This document shows positions 35,935 through 45,636 of a DNA stretch of 64,000 bases, in pieces (within the stretch, counting starts at the first letter, position 1; every line of letters begins with the position of its first letter). Below the pieces are notes generated by a model, which saw only the letters and a list, made by a program, of their open reading frames with translations, had not been told where the DNA came from and ran no database searches. The position numbers and the translations under genes are program-made. The DNA comes from an uncultured Alphaproteobacteria bacterium (GTDB taxonomy: Bacteria > Pseudomonadota > Alphaproteobacteria > ATCC43930 > CGMCC-115725): contig CAWDPP010000057.1 in NCBI GenBank assembly GCA_963804235.1, positions 13,603 to 77,602 on the forward strand, in the 5' to 3' direction.

Positions 35935-38267
35935 TCCACACGCCGCTCCAGTCGGCCGCCGGCGGGTGGCGGGCGTAGTAGCGGCAGCGGTCGAGGAAGA
36001 CGCGCGACGGCTTGTCCTTGGGCGCCAGCTCGAGCGCCTCGGTGAAGTTGGCGATGGCGCCGACCCAGTCGCGCCTCTGGTAGCGCTCGAACCCGGTTTC
36101 GTAGAGCCTGACCACGCGGTGCATGCTGGGGAAGCGTGTGCTCGGTATTGTGGCCGAGCGATTCGTAGAGCTGCGTCGGCTTCGACTTGCCCTTCACCTG
36201 GAGCACGTCGAGGCGGCGCAGCGTCGCGGGCGTGGTCAGCGCCTCGACCGTCGGGCCCGAGACCAGCACCTTGGTGCCGTAATGCTTGTTGGCGCTCTCA
36301 AGGCGCGCCGCGAGATTCACGGTGTCGCCGATCACGGTATATTCCATGCGCTTGACCGAGCCGACCGAGCCGGCGAGCACCTCGCCCGTGGCGAGCCCGA
36401 CGCCGATATCGATGGCGGGCAGGCCTTCGGCGACGCGGCGCAAGTTGAGCTTCTCGAGCTCGCGGATCATCTCGGTGGCGACACGCAGCGCGCGGTCGGC
36501 GTCGGTCACGTCTTCGACCGGCGCGCCGAAAATCGCCATCAGCGCGTCGCCGATATACTTGTCGAGCATGCCGCCATGCGTCAGCACGACCTCGACCATC
36601 TCGGTGAAATACTCGTTCAGCATGGCGACGGTCTGCTGCGGGCTCATCGCCTCGGTGAGCGTGGTGAACTGGCGGATGTCGGAGAACAGCACCGTGGCGA
36701 CGTGCGAGCTGCCCTTCAGCATCTCATCGCCGCTGGCGAGGAGCCGGTCCACCACCTCCTTCGCCATGTAGCGCGACATGGTGTTGCGGACGCGCTTTTC
36801 GCGGGTGATGTCCTCGAGCACCAGCATGTAGCCGATCGCCTTGTTGTCGAGGTCGAGGAGCGGCGCCGTGGTGCAGTTGACGGCGGCGGTGTTGCCGTCC
36901 GGCATGAGCAGCTCGGTGTCGGCGTGGTAGTCGGTGGTGTTCTGCGCCACGACGTATTCGAGGCTGCGCGTGATCCAGGCGTTGCGGTTGCCGAACACCT
37001 GCTCGGCCGGGCGGCCCAGCACGTCGTTGGCGGAAAAGCCGAGGATGCGCTCGCCCGCCTCGTTCACCTTGGCGACGTTCAAGCGCTGGTCGAGCGTGAC
37101 GACGCCGTTCGACAGCGACTTCAGGATGCTCTCGTTGTAGTTCTTGAGCGCGAGCACGTCGGAGAAGAGCTGCGCGTTGTGGATGGCGATGGCGATCTGC
37201 GCGCAGAACGCCTTGAGGCGGCGCACGTCGATCGCGGCAAACGGCCCGCCGCGCTTGTTGAGCACCTGGACGATGCCGAGATGGAGGCCGGCCCGGTCGA
37301 TCACCGGCGCGCACAGGATGTTGCGCGTGCGGAAGCCGGTCGCCTTGTCCACCGTGCGGTTGAAGCGCGGGTCGGCATAGGCGTCGGGGATGTTGAGCAC
37401 CTCGGACGACTGGAAGGCGGCGCCGACGAGGCCGGCGTCGGCCTTGACGCGCAGCTCCTTCTGCTCGCCGCCCTCGGTCACCTTGGCCCAGAGCTCGTCC
37501 TTGTCGCGGTCGTAGATGAAGAGGGTCGAGCGCTCCGCCTCCAGGAACTCGGTGCAGGCGTGCATGATGCGGTTCAGCAGCACGTCGAGCTGCAATTCGC
37601 TCGAGATCGCCTCGGAGATCGCGAGCAGCTCCGTCTCCTCGCGCCGCGCGCGCTCCAGAAGCTCGGCGAGCCGCGCCTCCTCGATCGCGTTCACGGCCTG
37701 GCGGTTGATCGCCTCGAGCAGCGCCCGGTCGTCCTCGGTGAAGGCGCCGCGGCGCTTGTTCAGCACTTGCGTCACGCCGCTCGGCTTGCCCGCGCGGTTG
37801 CGGAGCGGCACGCACAGCATGTTGTGCGTCACGTAGCCGGTCTGGCGGTCGACCTCGGGATTGAAGCGCGGATCCTTGTAGACGTCGTCGAGGATGACGG
37901 GCGCGCCCGTCTGGAACACGGCGCCGGCGATGCCCGCGCCCGCCGGAATGCGGATCTCGCGCACGCCTTCGCCGCTCGCCACGCGCGAGAACAGCTCGCC
38001 CGCGTCCGGATCGTTGAGGAAGAGCGTGGCGCGCTCGGCGTCGAACACTTCGGTGATGAGCGCGATCATGCGCGGCAACTGGTGGTCGAGCGTCATCTGC
38101 TCGGTCACCGTGTCGGAAACTTCGGCGAGAATGGAGAGGCGCCGCAGCGAGTCGATCACGCGCTCGGCGAGCGCCAGGTCGCCGCTCTTGAGCGCCGCGG
38201 CCAAGTCGCGGCTTTCGCCGACCGGCCGGCCGATCACCGTCTCGAGGACGTTGCGCGCGTCCCGCAT
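35918..38267 (-). CDS. GAF-GAF-PAS class III adenylate/guanylate cyclase with TPR-like tail; one frame break at G4 run 36128-36131
   Basis: Two GAF-like blocks are present (...ERATLFLNDPDAGELFS...IAGAVFQTG...; ...ERSTLFIYDRDKDELWA...LVGAAFQSS...), followed by a PAS-like block (ILKSLSNGVVTLD...). The cyclase core is VATVLFSDIRQFTTLTE...DKYIGDALMAIFGAP...YTVIGDTVNLAARLES. The tail MHRVVRLYETGFERYQRRDWVGAIANFTEALELAP is in the next frame. The 973-aa track ORF runs on antisense to mepA. Confidence 0.85.
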
Positions 38268-38442
38268 CGAAGCCCCCCGAAGCCAGGCGTCAATTCGTTA
38301 GCGCCCACGCCCTCGAGGGCCATGCTGGCGGGGTTGAAGGCGCGGGGTCAACCGAAATTGGCGCGCGCATTCTAGCGGGAATCCGGTTGCCCGCGCCGGC
38401 CGATCGGTGGGACAATATACGGGCAAAGCACACGAGGCTTTC

Positions 38443-38910
38443 ATGAGCAGCCCGAACATTCGCGCATCAGTCACGCTCGCCGCCCTCATCTGCGCCGGTT
38501 GCGTCGTCTCTCCGCCCCCGCCGCCGCCCGTCATGCCGATGACCATGATCGCACCGCCGGCGCAAGCAGCGGCCGCGCCGCAGGCGCAAGCCGCGCAGGC
38601 GGGCCAGACCTGCCGCGAGTATCAGCAGACGATCACCCTCAACGGCCAGCCGCAGGAAGCGTGGGGCATGACCTGCCTCCAGCCGAACGGCACCTGGAAG
38701 GTCGTGTCGCAGCCCTCCGACGCGGCGCCCGCGGCGTCGAGTTCCGTCGCGCCACCGCCGCCACCGCCGCCATCGGCGCAGCAGCAAGCGATCGCGGTGC
38801 AAAGCTATCCGGCCTACGCGTACTATCCCTATCCGTCCTACTACTACTATCAGCCGCCTTCCTATTACTCCGGCGGCCCCACCGTGTTCGTCCGTAACCG
38901 CTGGCGTTGA
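38443..38910 (+). CDS. lipoprotein with Cys-bracketed surface-antigen-like motif and Pro/Tyr-rich tail
   Basis: The lipobox LICAGC follows MSSPNIRASVTLAA. The motif is CREYQQTITLNGQPQEAWGMTCLQPNGTWKVV. Poly-Pro tracts (PPPPPP, twice) and the tail YPAYAYYPYPSYYYYQPPSYYSGGP are also present. Confidence 0.65.
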   Translation: MSSPNIRASVTLAALICAGCVVSPPPPPPVMPMTMIAPPAQAAAAPQAQAAQAGQTCREYQQTITLNGQPQEAWGMTCLQPNGTWKVVSQPSDAAPAASSSVAPPPPPPPSAQQQAIAVQSYPAYAYYPYPSYYYYQPPSYYSGGPTVFVRNRWR

Positions 38911-38943
38911 GACGTCGCAGGGAGCGGGCCCTCGTCCGCTCCT

Positions 38944-39002
38944 AGAGCAAGATCGCTTCGCATGGAAACGGGCGTTTCCATGCGAAGCGTGAATCTTGCT
39001 CT
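38944..39002. repeat. long near-perfect hairpin (26-bp stem, 3-nt bulge, 4-nt loop)
   Basis: agagcaagatcgcttcgcatggaaac gggc gtttccatgcgaagcgtgaatcttgctct, located 34 nt after the lipoprotein stop. Confidence 0.85.
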
Positions 39003-39016
39003 CACTTAAAGATGTT

Positions 39017-39077
39017 AGACCATGATTCACGGCTCGGACGGATCGCAAAGCGATTCCGCCCGATCCGATCATGGTCT
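39017..39077. repeat. second palindromic element (10-bp outer stem agaccatgat/atcatggtct with imperfect interior)
   Basis: agaccatgattcacggctcggacggatcgcaaagcgattccgcccgatccgatcatggtct, lying 14 nt after the first hairpin. Confidence 0.7.
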
Positions 39078-39083
39078 TGGCGG

Positions 39084-39306
39084 TCAGTGAATCCGCTCGG
39101 TGACGTCGGGCTCGAGCTTCGACGAGCTCGGCCGTGACGCGCGCGATCCACGACCACACGACGCAGCTCAGCTCGTCCTCGCGGCGGCAATATCTGAGCG
39201 CCTCGCGCCCGGCCACCGCGGGGGCATCCTCGCCATGCTGGCGCACGAGCAGGACGGCCGCCTCCCAGATCTGCCGCTCGCTCGTCATCCGGCCGATGGT
39301 GGTCAT
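39084..39306 (-). CDS. small hypothetical protein (about 73 aa), possible frame break near its 3' end
   Basis: MTTIGRMTSERQIWEAAVLLVRQHGEDAPAVAGREALRYCRREDELSCVVWSWIARVTAELVEA. A natural end EPDVTERIH-stop (tca 39084-39086) is reached only in the adjacent frame. Otherwise the frame runs on for 300 codons through repeats and antisense to the lipoprotein gene. Confidence 0.35.
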
Positions 39307-39385
39307 GCCGACACGCTCTCCCGCTTGGTCAAGGCCACGCCGCACACTTCGTTCCCTGCGCAACCGGCGCGGGCGGGAGCGGTGC

Positions 39386-39874
39386 TCATTCGAGCGCGAC
39401 GGAACTCGCCAACGGTTCAATCCGCACGGGGGCGAGGCCTTTTCGGGTCATGCCGAGCCGCCGCGCCGCCTGTTCCGAAAGATCGATGGCGCGGCCCCTG
39501 ACGGCCGGGCCGCGATCGTTGATGACGACGTTGACCGACTTGCCGTTGCGCAGGTTGGTCACCTTGACCTCTGTGTTGAAGGGCAGGCTGCGGTGCGCCG
39601 CGGTGAGCTTGCCGGCGTCGAAAATCGCGCCGCTCGCGGTGACGCGGCCGTTATGGTCCGGCCCATACCACGAGGCGAGGCCGACCTGCGCCTTCGGCCG
39701 CGGCGGCGCCGGCTTCGGCGCGGGCGGCGGCGGCAGTACCGCGGTGATGGCCGGCTGCTGCGGCGGCGGCGCCGTCAGGGCGGCGTCGCCGGCGCGCAGC
39801 GGCAGGCCGGCCGCAAGGCCGCAGCCCACGATGCAATAAAGGCAACATCGCGTGAGGACCGACCAACCTCGCAT
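39386..39874 (-). CDS. rlpA: septal ring lytic transglycosylase RlpA family lipoprotein (DPBB domain)
   Basis: Lipobox IVGCG, a Pro-rich linker, then GLASWYGPDHNGRVTASGAIFDAGKLTAAHRSLPFNTEVKVTNLRNGKSVNVVINDRGP. Confidence 0.88.
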   Translation of the reverse strand: MRGWSVLTRCCLYCIVGCGLAAGLPLRAGDAALTAPPPQQPAITAVLPPPPAPKPAPPRPKAQVGLASWYGPDHNGRVTASGAIFDAGKLTAAHRSLPFNTEVKVTNLRNGKSVNVVINDRGPAVRGRAIDLSEQAARRLGMTRKGLAPVRIEPLASSVALE

Positions 39875-40018
39875 GACCCCGGCGCACCGGCCCCTCTCTA
39901 GCCCTCGACCCGTGCCGCAAAACGGGCGCGCCTTGCCGCCCGTTCCATATCGACCGGACGGTGTTCACGGTTCCTTCGGCAAATCCGTATTGCCGCGCGA
40001 GTTGGCCAGCCGCGCCGC

Positions 40019-40399
40019 TCAACCCTCGGGCGGAAGCGGCCGCGGCCTGCGGTCGGGGCCGATCGCGACATAGGTGAAGAGCCCTTCCGTCACGTTGACC
40101 CGCTCGCCCGACAGGCTGCGCCGGGCCCAGCTCTCGACCTTGACGGTGATCGAGGTGCGGCCGGTCTTGACGATGCTCACATGGCAGCTCACCTCGTCGC
40201 CGACGAAGACCGGCAGGTGGAAGGTCATGCCGGTGATGGCGACGGTCGCGACCCGGCCCTGGGCGCGCCGGCCGGCGACCGACCCGCCGGCCAGGTCCAT
40301 CTGCGACAGGACCCAGCCGCCGAAGATGTCGCCGCTCGGATTGGCGTCGGCCGGCATGGCGATGGCGCGCAGCGCAGGCTCGTTCGGCGGGCCGTTCAT
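40019..40399 (-). CDS. acyl-CoA thioesterase, hotdog fold (YciA-like)
   Basis: Intact 126-aa ORF: AMPADANPSGDIFGGWVLSQMDLAGGSVAGRRAQGRVATVAITGMTFHLPVFVGDEVSCH. Confidence 0.8.
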   Translation of the reverse strand: MNGPPNEPALRAIAMPADANPSGDIFGGWVLSQMDLAGGSVAGRRAQGRVATVAITGMTFHLPVFVGDEVSCHVSIVKTGRTSITVKVESWARRSLSGERVNVTEGLFTYVAIGPDRRPRPLPPEG

Positions 40400-40480
40400 G
40401 ACGATGCTCCTTGCACGAAATTCGACCAGATATTGTGATGCACGGCCTCGGCGCTACAGTATGATGGGTTCGTAGGAAGC

Positions 40481-42436
40481 ATGGCCGACCTTTTCGACAA
40501 TCTCGCCCGCAAATCGCAATCGGACGGCTATTCCGCCAAGGACATCGAGGTCCTGGAGGGGCTCGAGCCGGTGCGGCGCCGGCCCGGCATGTATATCGGC
40601 GGCACCGACGAGCGCGCCCTCAATCATCTCGTCGCCGAAGTGCTCGACAACGCCATGGACGAGGCGGTCGCCGGGCACGCGAGCCATATCGAGCTCGAGC
40701 TGCATGGCGACGGCAGCGTCAAGGTGCGCGACAACGGGCGCGGCATCCCGGTCGATCCGCATCCGAAATTCCCGAAGCAGTCGGCGCTCGAAGTCATCCT
40801 CACCATGCTGCATTCCGGCGGCAAGTTCTCGGGCGAGGCGTACAAGACCTCGGGCGGGCTGCATGGCGTCGGCGTCTCCGTGGTGAACGCGCTCAGCGAC
40901 TGGCTCAAGGTCGAGGTGTGGCGCGACCGCCGCCTCTATGCGCAGGAGTACGCGCGCGGCAAGCCCAAGGGCAAGCTCAAGGATGGCGGCGCGGTCCATA
41001 ACAAGCGCGGCACCAGCGTGCACTTCCATCCCGACCCGGAAATTTTCGGCGCGAGCCTGCACTTCAAGCCGGCGCCGCTTTATCGCATGGCGCGCGCCAA
41101 GGCCTATCTCTTCCGCGGCGTCGAGATCCGCTGGTGGTGCGATCCGGCGCTGCCGCGGCCCGACGACGTGGCGCAGGAAGAGACGCTGCATTTCCCCGGC
41201 GGGCTCGGCGATTATCTCGCGACCGAGCTCGACGGCCGCGAGACCATCACCAAGCGCCCGTTCGACGGCGAGGCCGAGTTCGGCGAGGGCGGCCGCGTCG
41301 AGTGGGCGATCGCGTGGCCGTTGGACTTGGAGGGCCATCTCGCGTCCTACTGCAACACCGTGCCGACGCCCGAGGGCGGCACGCACGAGGCGGGCTTGCG
41401 CAGCGCGCTGACGCGCAGCTTGCGCGCCTATGGCGAGCTGACCGGCAACCGCCGCGCGGCGCAGATCGCGCCCGAGGACGTGGTCGCCGGCGCGGTCGCG
41501 ATCCTGTCGCTGTTCATCCGCGACCCGCAGTTCCAGGGCCAGACCAAGGAGCGGCTCGCCTCGGCCGAGGCGACGCGGCTGGTCGAGGGCGCGCTCAAGG
41601 ACCGCTGCGACCACTGGCTGTCCGACGATCCGCAGAACGCGCGCGAGCTTTTGGATGCCGTCATCGAGCGCGCCGAGGATCGCCTGCGCAAGAAGCAGGA
41701 GCGCGAGCTCGAGCGCAAGACCGCGACGCGGAAGCTGCGCCTGCCCGGCAAGCTCGCCGACTGCGCGCGCTCGGCCGCGAGCGGCACCGAGATCTTCCTG
41801 GTCGAGGGCGACAGCGCCGGCGGCTCGGCGAAACAGGCGCGCGACCGCGAGACGCAGGCGATCCTGCCGTTGCGCGGCAAGATCCTCAACGTCGCCAGCG
41901 CGACCGCCGACCGGCTGAAGCAGAACCAGGAGCTGGCCGATCTGGTGCAGGCGCTGGGCGCCGGCTCGGGCGAGCGCTACCAGGACGACAAGCTGCGCTA
42001 CGAGCGCGTCATCATCATGACCGACGCCGATGTCGACGGCGCGCACATCGCCTCGCTGCTGATGACGTTCTTCTTCCGCGAGATGCCGGTGCTCGTGGCG
42101 CAGGGCCACCTCTTCCTCGCAGCGCCCCCGCTCTACCGCTTGCAGCACGCGCAGGAAACAGCTTATGCGCGCGACGACGCGCACAAGGACGAGCTCATGG
42201 CCACGACCTTCAAGGGCAAGGGCAAGGTCGAGGTGAGCCGCTTCAAGGGGCTCGGCGAGATGCCGCCGCGCCAGCTGCGCGAGACCACGATGGACCCGGC
42301 GACGCGGCTGCTGCTGCGCGTGACGAAGCCGGAGCAGGCGGCCGAGCTGGTCGAGACGCTGATGGGCAAGAAGCCCGAGCTGCGCTACGCCTTCATCCAG
42401 GACAAGGCCAAGTTCGCCAAGGATCTGGATATTTAG
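40481..42436 (+). CDS. parE: DNA topoisomerase IV subunit B
   Basis: Intact 651-aa ORF: YSAKDIEVLEGLEPVRRRPGMYIGGTDERALNHLVAEVLDNAMDE...GGLHGVGVSVVNALS...LFLVEGDSAGGSAKQARDRETQAILPLRGKILNV...IIMTDADVDGAHI. The size and lack of a GyrB insertion fit ParE. Confidence 0.9.
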   Translation: MADLFDNLARKSQSDGYSAKDIEVLEGLEPVRRRPGMYIGGTDERALNHLVAEVLDNAMDEAVAGHASHIELELHGDGSVKVRDNGRGIPVDPHPKFPKQSALEVILTMLHSGGKFSGEAYKTSGGLHGVGVSVVNALSDWLKVEVWRDRRLYAQEYARGKPKGKLKDGGAVHNKRGTSVHFHPDPEIFGASLHFKPAPLYRMARAKAYLFRGVEIRWWCDPALPRPDDVAQEETLHFPGGLGDYLATELDGRETITKRPFDGEAEFGEGGRVEWAIAWPLDLEGHLASYCNTVPTPEGGTHEAGLRSALTRSLRAYGELTGNRRAAQIAPEDVVAGAVAILSLFIRDPQFQGQTKERLASAEATRLVEGALKDRCDHWLSDDPQNARELLDAVIERAEDRLRKKQERELERKTATRKLRLPGKLADCARSAASGTEIFLVEGDSAGGSAKQARDRETQAILPLRGKILNVASATADRLKQNQELADLVQALGAGSGERYQDDKLRYERVIIMTDADVDGAHIASLLMTFFFREMPVLVAQGHLFLAAPPLYRLQHAQETAYARDDAHKDELMATTFKGKGKVEVSRFKGLGEMPPRQLRETTMDPATRLLLRVTKPEQAAELVETLMGKKPELRYAFIQDKAKFAKDLDI

Positions 42437-42461
42437 GTAGCGCGCCCGGGAGGAGCGGCCG

Positions 42462-43436
42462 ATGCGGAGAGGATGTGGGCGTCGTGGCGCTCGCCGCGTG
42501 TTGGCGCTGACGCCGGCGCTGACGGCGCCGGCGAACGCGGCCGAGACCATCGTCACCGGCCTCATCGGCTCGCCCAATTCCGGCGCGTGGCCCTATTACA
42601 TCGGCATCGACAAGGGCTTCTTCGCCGCGGCCGGCATCACGCTCGACCTCGTCTATGTGCCGACCGCGTCGGGCCTCGTGCAACAGCTCACCGCCGGCTC
42701 GCTCGACATCGTCGGCACGATCGGCACGGTCGAGCCGATCCACGCCATCGAGAAGGGCGCGCCGGTGGCGATCCTGCGCGTCGTCGGCCGCGTCACGCCG
42801 TACGAGATGGTGGCGAAGCCGTCGATCCAGAAATTCGAGGATCTCAAGGGCAAGATCATCTGCATCGGCGGCCTGCGCGACATCAACCGCGTCTATCTCA
42901 ACCGCATCGCCGAGGCGCACGGGTTGAAGGACGGCGACTACGACATCGTCGTCATCGGCAACACGGCGCAGCGCTTCGCCGCGCTCCAGTCGGGCGCGGT
43001 CGATGCGACGATGCTGGTGCCGCCCGTCAATTTCATCGCCGAGAAGGCGGGCTTCCGCAATATCGGCATGATCAAGGACTATACCGAGGACCTGCCGATG
43101 GGCTCGGCCGACGTGTCGCTCGCGTGGGCGAAGACGCACATGGACACGGCCAGGCGCATCGTCGGCGTGCTCGACCACGCGATCGCGTGGTTCGACGACG
43201 ACGGCAACCGCGACGCGGCGATCGACATATTGCAGCGCCTGATGAAGAGCGACCGCGCCGAGGTCGCGCAGGCCTACGACCTGATGCGCCGGATCGACGG
43301 GTTCGAGCGCAGCAACAAGGTCTCGCGCGCGAAGCTCCTGAACCTCATCGCGGCGATGAAGGCGATGGGCGACATCGAGGGCACGACCCCGCCCGAGCGC
43401 CTCGTGCTCCAAGGCGTGACCGAACTCGGCGACTAA
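42462..43436 (+). CDS. NMT1/THI5-like ABC-type substrate-binding protein (orphan)
   Basis: Intact 324-aa ORF with an N-terminal signal-like region (ALTPALTAPANAAE). ...GFFAAAGITLDLVYVPTASGLVQQLTAGSLDIVG...LKGKIICIGG. No permease or ATPase gene is adjacent. Confidence 0.75.
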   Translation: MRRGCGRRGARRVLALTPALTAPANAAETIVTGLIGSPNSGAWPYYIGIDKGFFAAAGITLDLVYVPTASGLVQQLTAGSLDIVGTIGTVEPIHAIEKGAPVAILRVVGRVTPYEMVAKPSIQKFEDLKGKIICIGGLRDINRVYLNRIAEAHGLKDGDYDIVVIGNTAQRFAALQSGAVDATMLVPPVNFIAEKAGFRNIGMIKDYTEDLPMGSADVSLAWAKTHMDTARRIVGVLDHAIAWFDDDGNRDAAIDILQRLMKSDRAEVAQAYDLMRRIDGFERSNKVSRAKLLNLIAAMKAMGDIEGTTPPERLVLQGVTELGD

Positions 43437-43717
43437 GGGCCGGGAGCGCGCCGCCGGATACTGCGATCTCGGGCTGATGTTCAGGGTGATGTCGTGGTTC
43501 ACGCCACGTGAATCGCGGGGCGCATACCGCGATTTTCTCAACCCGAGGTCACGCGAAAATCACAACGCCACCGCGGTTTGGTTCCTTTCTCGTCAAACCG
43601 GTCCGAAAGGGGTAGCTGACTTCGTCAAAAGGAGTCGAGCCCACACGCGGCGCTTTCCGGCGTTTATAGGCGACGATAGATTGACGGAATCGGGCCAGTT
43701 TCGCGTGGAGACGATCG

Positions 43718-44933
43718 ATGCCGCAGTACGATCGGGCAAAAGACTCTGTGCGCGCCAGCGCCCCCGAACTCCCGAGCGAAACTCCCTCCGTCGAGATGCA
43801 GAAGCTCGAAAGCCTGGGCCAGCTCACGGGCGGCTTCGCGCACGCCTTCAACAATGTGCTGATGGCGATCCTCGGCAATCTCGATCTCCTGGCGCGCATC
43901 CTGCCCGAGGGCGCGCAAGGCCGCGCGCTGGTCAGCTCCGCCGTCCAGGCGGCCGAGCGCGGCGCCACCTTGACGAAGCACATGCTCGCCTTCGCGCGGC
44001 GCCAGGATTTGCGCCCCGAGGCGGTGAGCGTGCCGCACCTCGTCGGCTCGATGGTCGAGATGCTGCGCAGCTCTTTGGGCCCGGCGGTCGAGATCGAGAC
44101 GGATTTCCGCGCGCCGCTGTCGCTCGTGCGCGTCGATCCGAACCAGCTCGAGCTCGCGCTCCTGAACCTCGCCTTGAACGCGCGCGACGCGATGGACGAT
44201 GGCGGCGCGCTGACGATCGCCGCGCGCGCCGAATCCGTTGCCGCCGGCGAGGTGCAGGGGCTCGTCTCCGGCGACTATGTCTGCGTCTCGGTCGTGGACG
44301 ACGGCTGCGGCATGGACGAGGCCACGCTGAAGCGCGCGGCCGAGCCGTTCTTCACCACGAAGGGCGCCGGCAAGGGCACCGGGCTCGGGCTCTCGATGGT
44401 CTATGGGCTGGCCGCGCAATCGGGCGGCGCGATCCGGCTGCACAGCCGGGTCGGATCCGGCACCAAGGTCGAGCTGTGGCTGCCGGTGGCGGGACCGGAC
44501 GAGGCGGAGCGGCCGCGGCCGGCGCTGTCCACCTCGGCGCCCGGCTCCGAGCCGCTCCTATGCCGTGCTGTTCGTCGACGACGATCCGATGGTGGCGTCG
44601 GGCACGAGCGCGATGCTGCACGAGCTCGGCCATCGCGTCGTGATGGCGTCCTCGGCGGCGCTGGCGCTCGACGTGATCCGCTCGGACGCGCCGCTCGACC
44701 TCATCATCACCGACCACGCCATGCCCGGCATGTCCGGCACCGAGCTCGCCAGGCTCGCGCGCGACCTGCGCCCGGGCCTGCCGATCATCCTCGCCACCGG
44801 CTACGCCGACGCGCCGAGCGGCGCCGTCCCCGGCATGGCGCGGCTCGACAAGCCCTATTGCATCGACACGCTCGCCGCCATGATCGCCGCCGTCGTCGGC
44901 CGCGAGCTGCGCGACCAGATCAGCGCGGCCTGA
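43718..44933 (+). CDS. hybrid histidine kinase / response regulator lacking any sensor domain; one frame break near 44555
   Basis: The H-box GGFAHAFNNVLMAI starts at residue ~38. The N-box is LLNLALNARDAM and the G-boxes are DDGCGMD and GKGTGLGLSMV. The receiver domain is in the next frame (VLFVDDDPMV...IITDHAMPGMSG...LDKPY). Confidence 0.85.
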
Positions 44934-45060
44934 TCTGCACCTCCGCGGTGTCATTGGCCGAGCCGGCGAAGCCCGAAGCCGGCCATCCACGGGCATCTGC
45001 TGGTCGCCGCCTGGGTGCGTCTCGCAATGCCCGCGCGATGACAAACCTGGAAAGCGCCCG

Positions 45061-45571
45061 ATGTCCTTTCCCTATCCCCTGCCGCCCCTGGACCTTGCGG
45101 CGCCGTTCGACCGGCACCGCGCGGTGGTGCGGCCGGACTGGGTCGACGGCAACGGGCACATGAACGTGGGCTACTACGTCGTCGCCTTCGACCACGCGAC
45201 CGACACGATCGCCGAGCAGCTCGGCATCGATTGGCGCTATGTCGAGCACCGGCTCGGCCGCACCTTCATCCTCGAGGCGCATGTCACATTCGAGCATGAG
45301 CTTCTGGCGGGCGATCCGATCCGCATCACGACGCTCGTCCTCGATCACGACGAGAAGCGCGCGCACCTCTTTCACGCGATGTATCACGCCGGCGACGGCT
45401 ACCCTCGCCGCCACCAACGAGCTCTTGATGCTCCATGTCGGGTTCGCGACCCGCCGCGCGGCGCCTTGGGCCGGCGAAACGCGCGCGCGGCTCGATGCGA
45501 TGGCGGCCGCGCACCGCACTCTGCCGCGCCCGGCCCAGGCCGGCCGCGTCATCGGCCTCAAGCGCCGTTAA
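45061..45571 (+). CDS. 4HBT-type thioesterase (hotdog fold); one frame break at C3 run 45402-45404
   Basis: The first frame gives FDRHRAVVRPDWVDGNGHMNVGYYVVAFDHATD...FILEAHVTFEHELLAGDPIRITTLVLDHDEKRAHLFHAMYHAGDGY. The second gives LAATNELLMLHVGFATRRAAPW...VIGLKRR-stop. In the track it is fused to the following GGDEF gene. Confidence 0.78.
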
Positions 45572-45636
45572 CCATCCGATCTTGGCGGAACCTTAACTCC
45601 TCGCGGGCTAGAAAACGCGGGGTACAGGGGTTCCGA

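Noticed and set aside
35346-36124. C-terminal ~260 residues of the 973-aa cyclase ORF
   Set aside because: This is read-through after the frame break at 36128-36131. It is antisense to mepA. The true tail (MHRVVRLYETGFERY...) is in the adjacent frame and ends at 35918.
40454-42577. 707-aa minus-strand ORF
   Set aside because: It is entirely antisense to the intact, strongly conserved parE gene and has low-complexity R/A/L/G composition.
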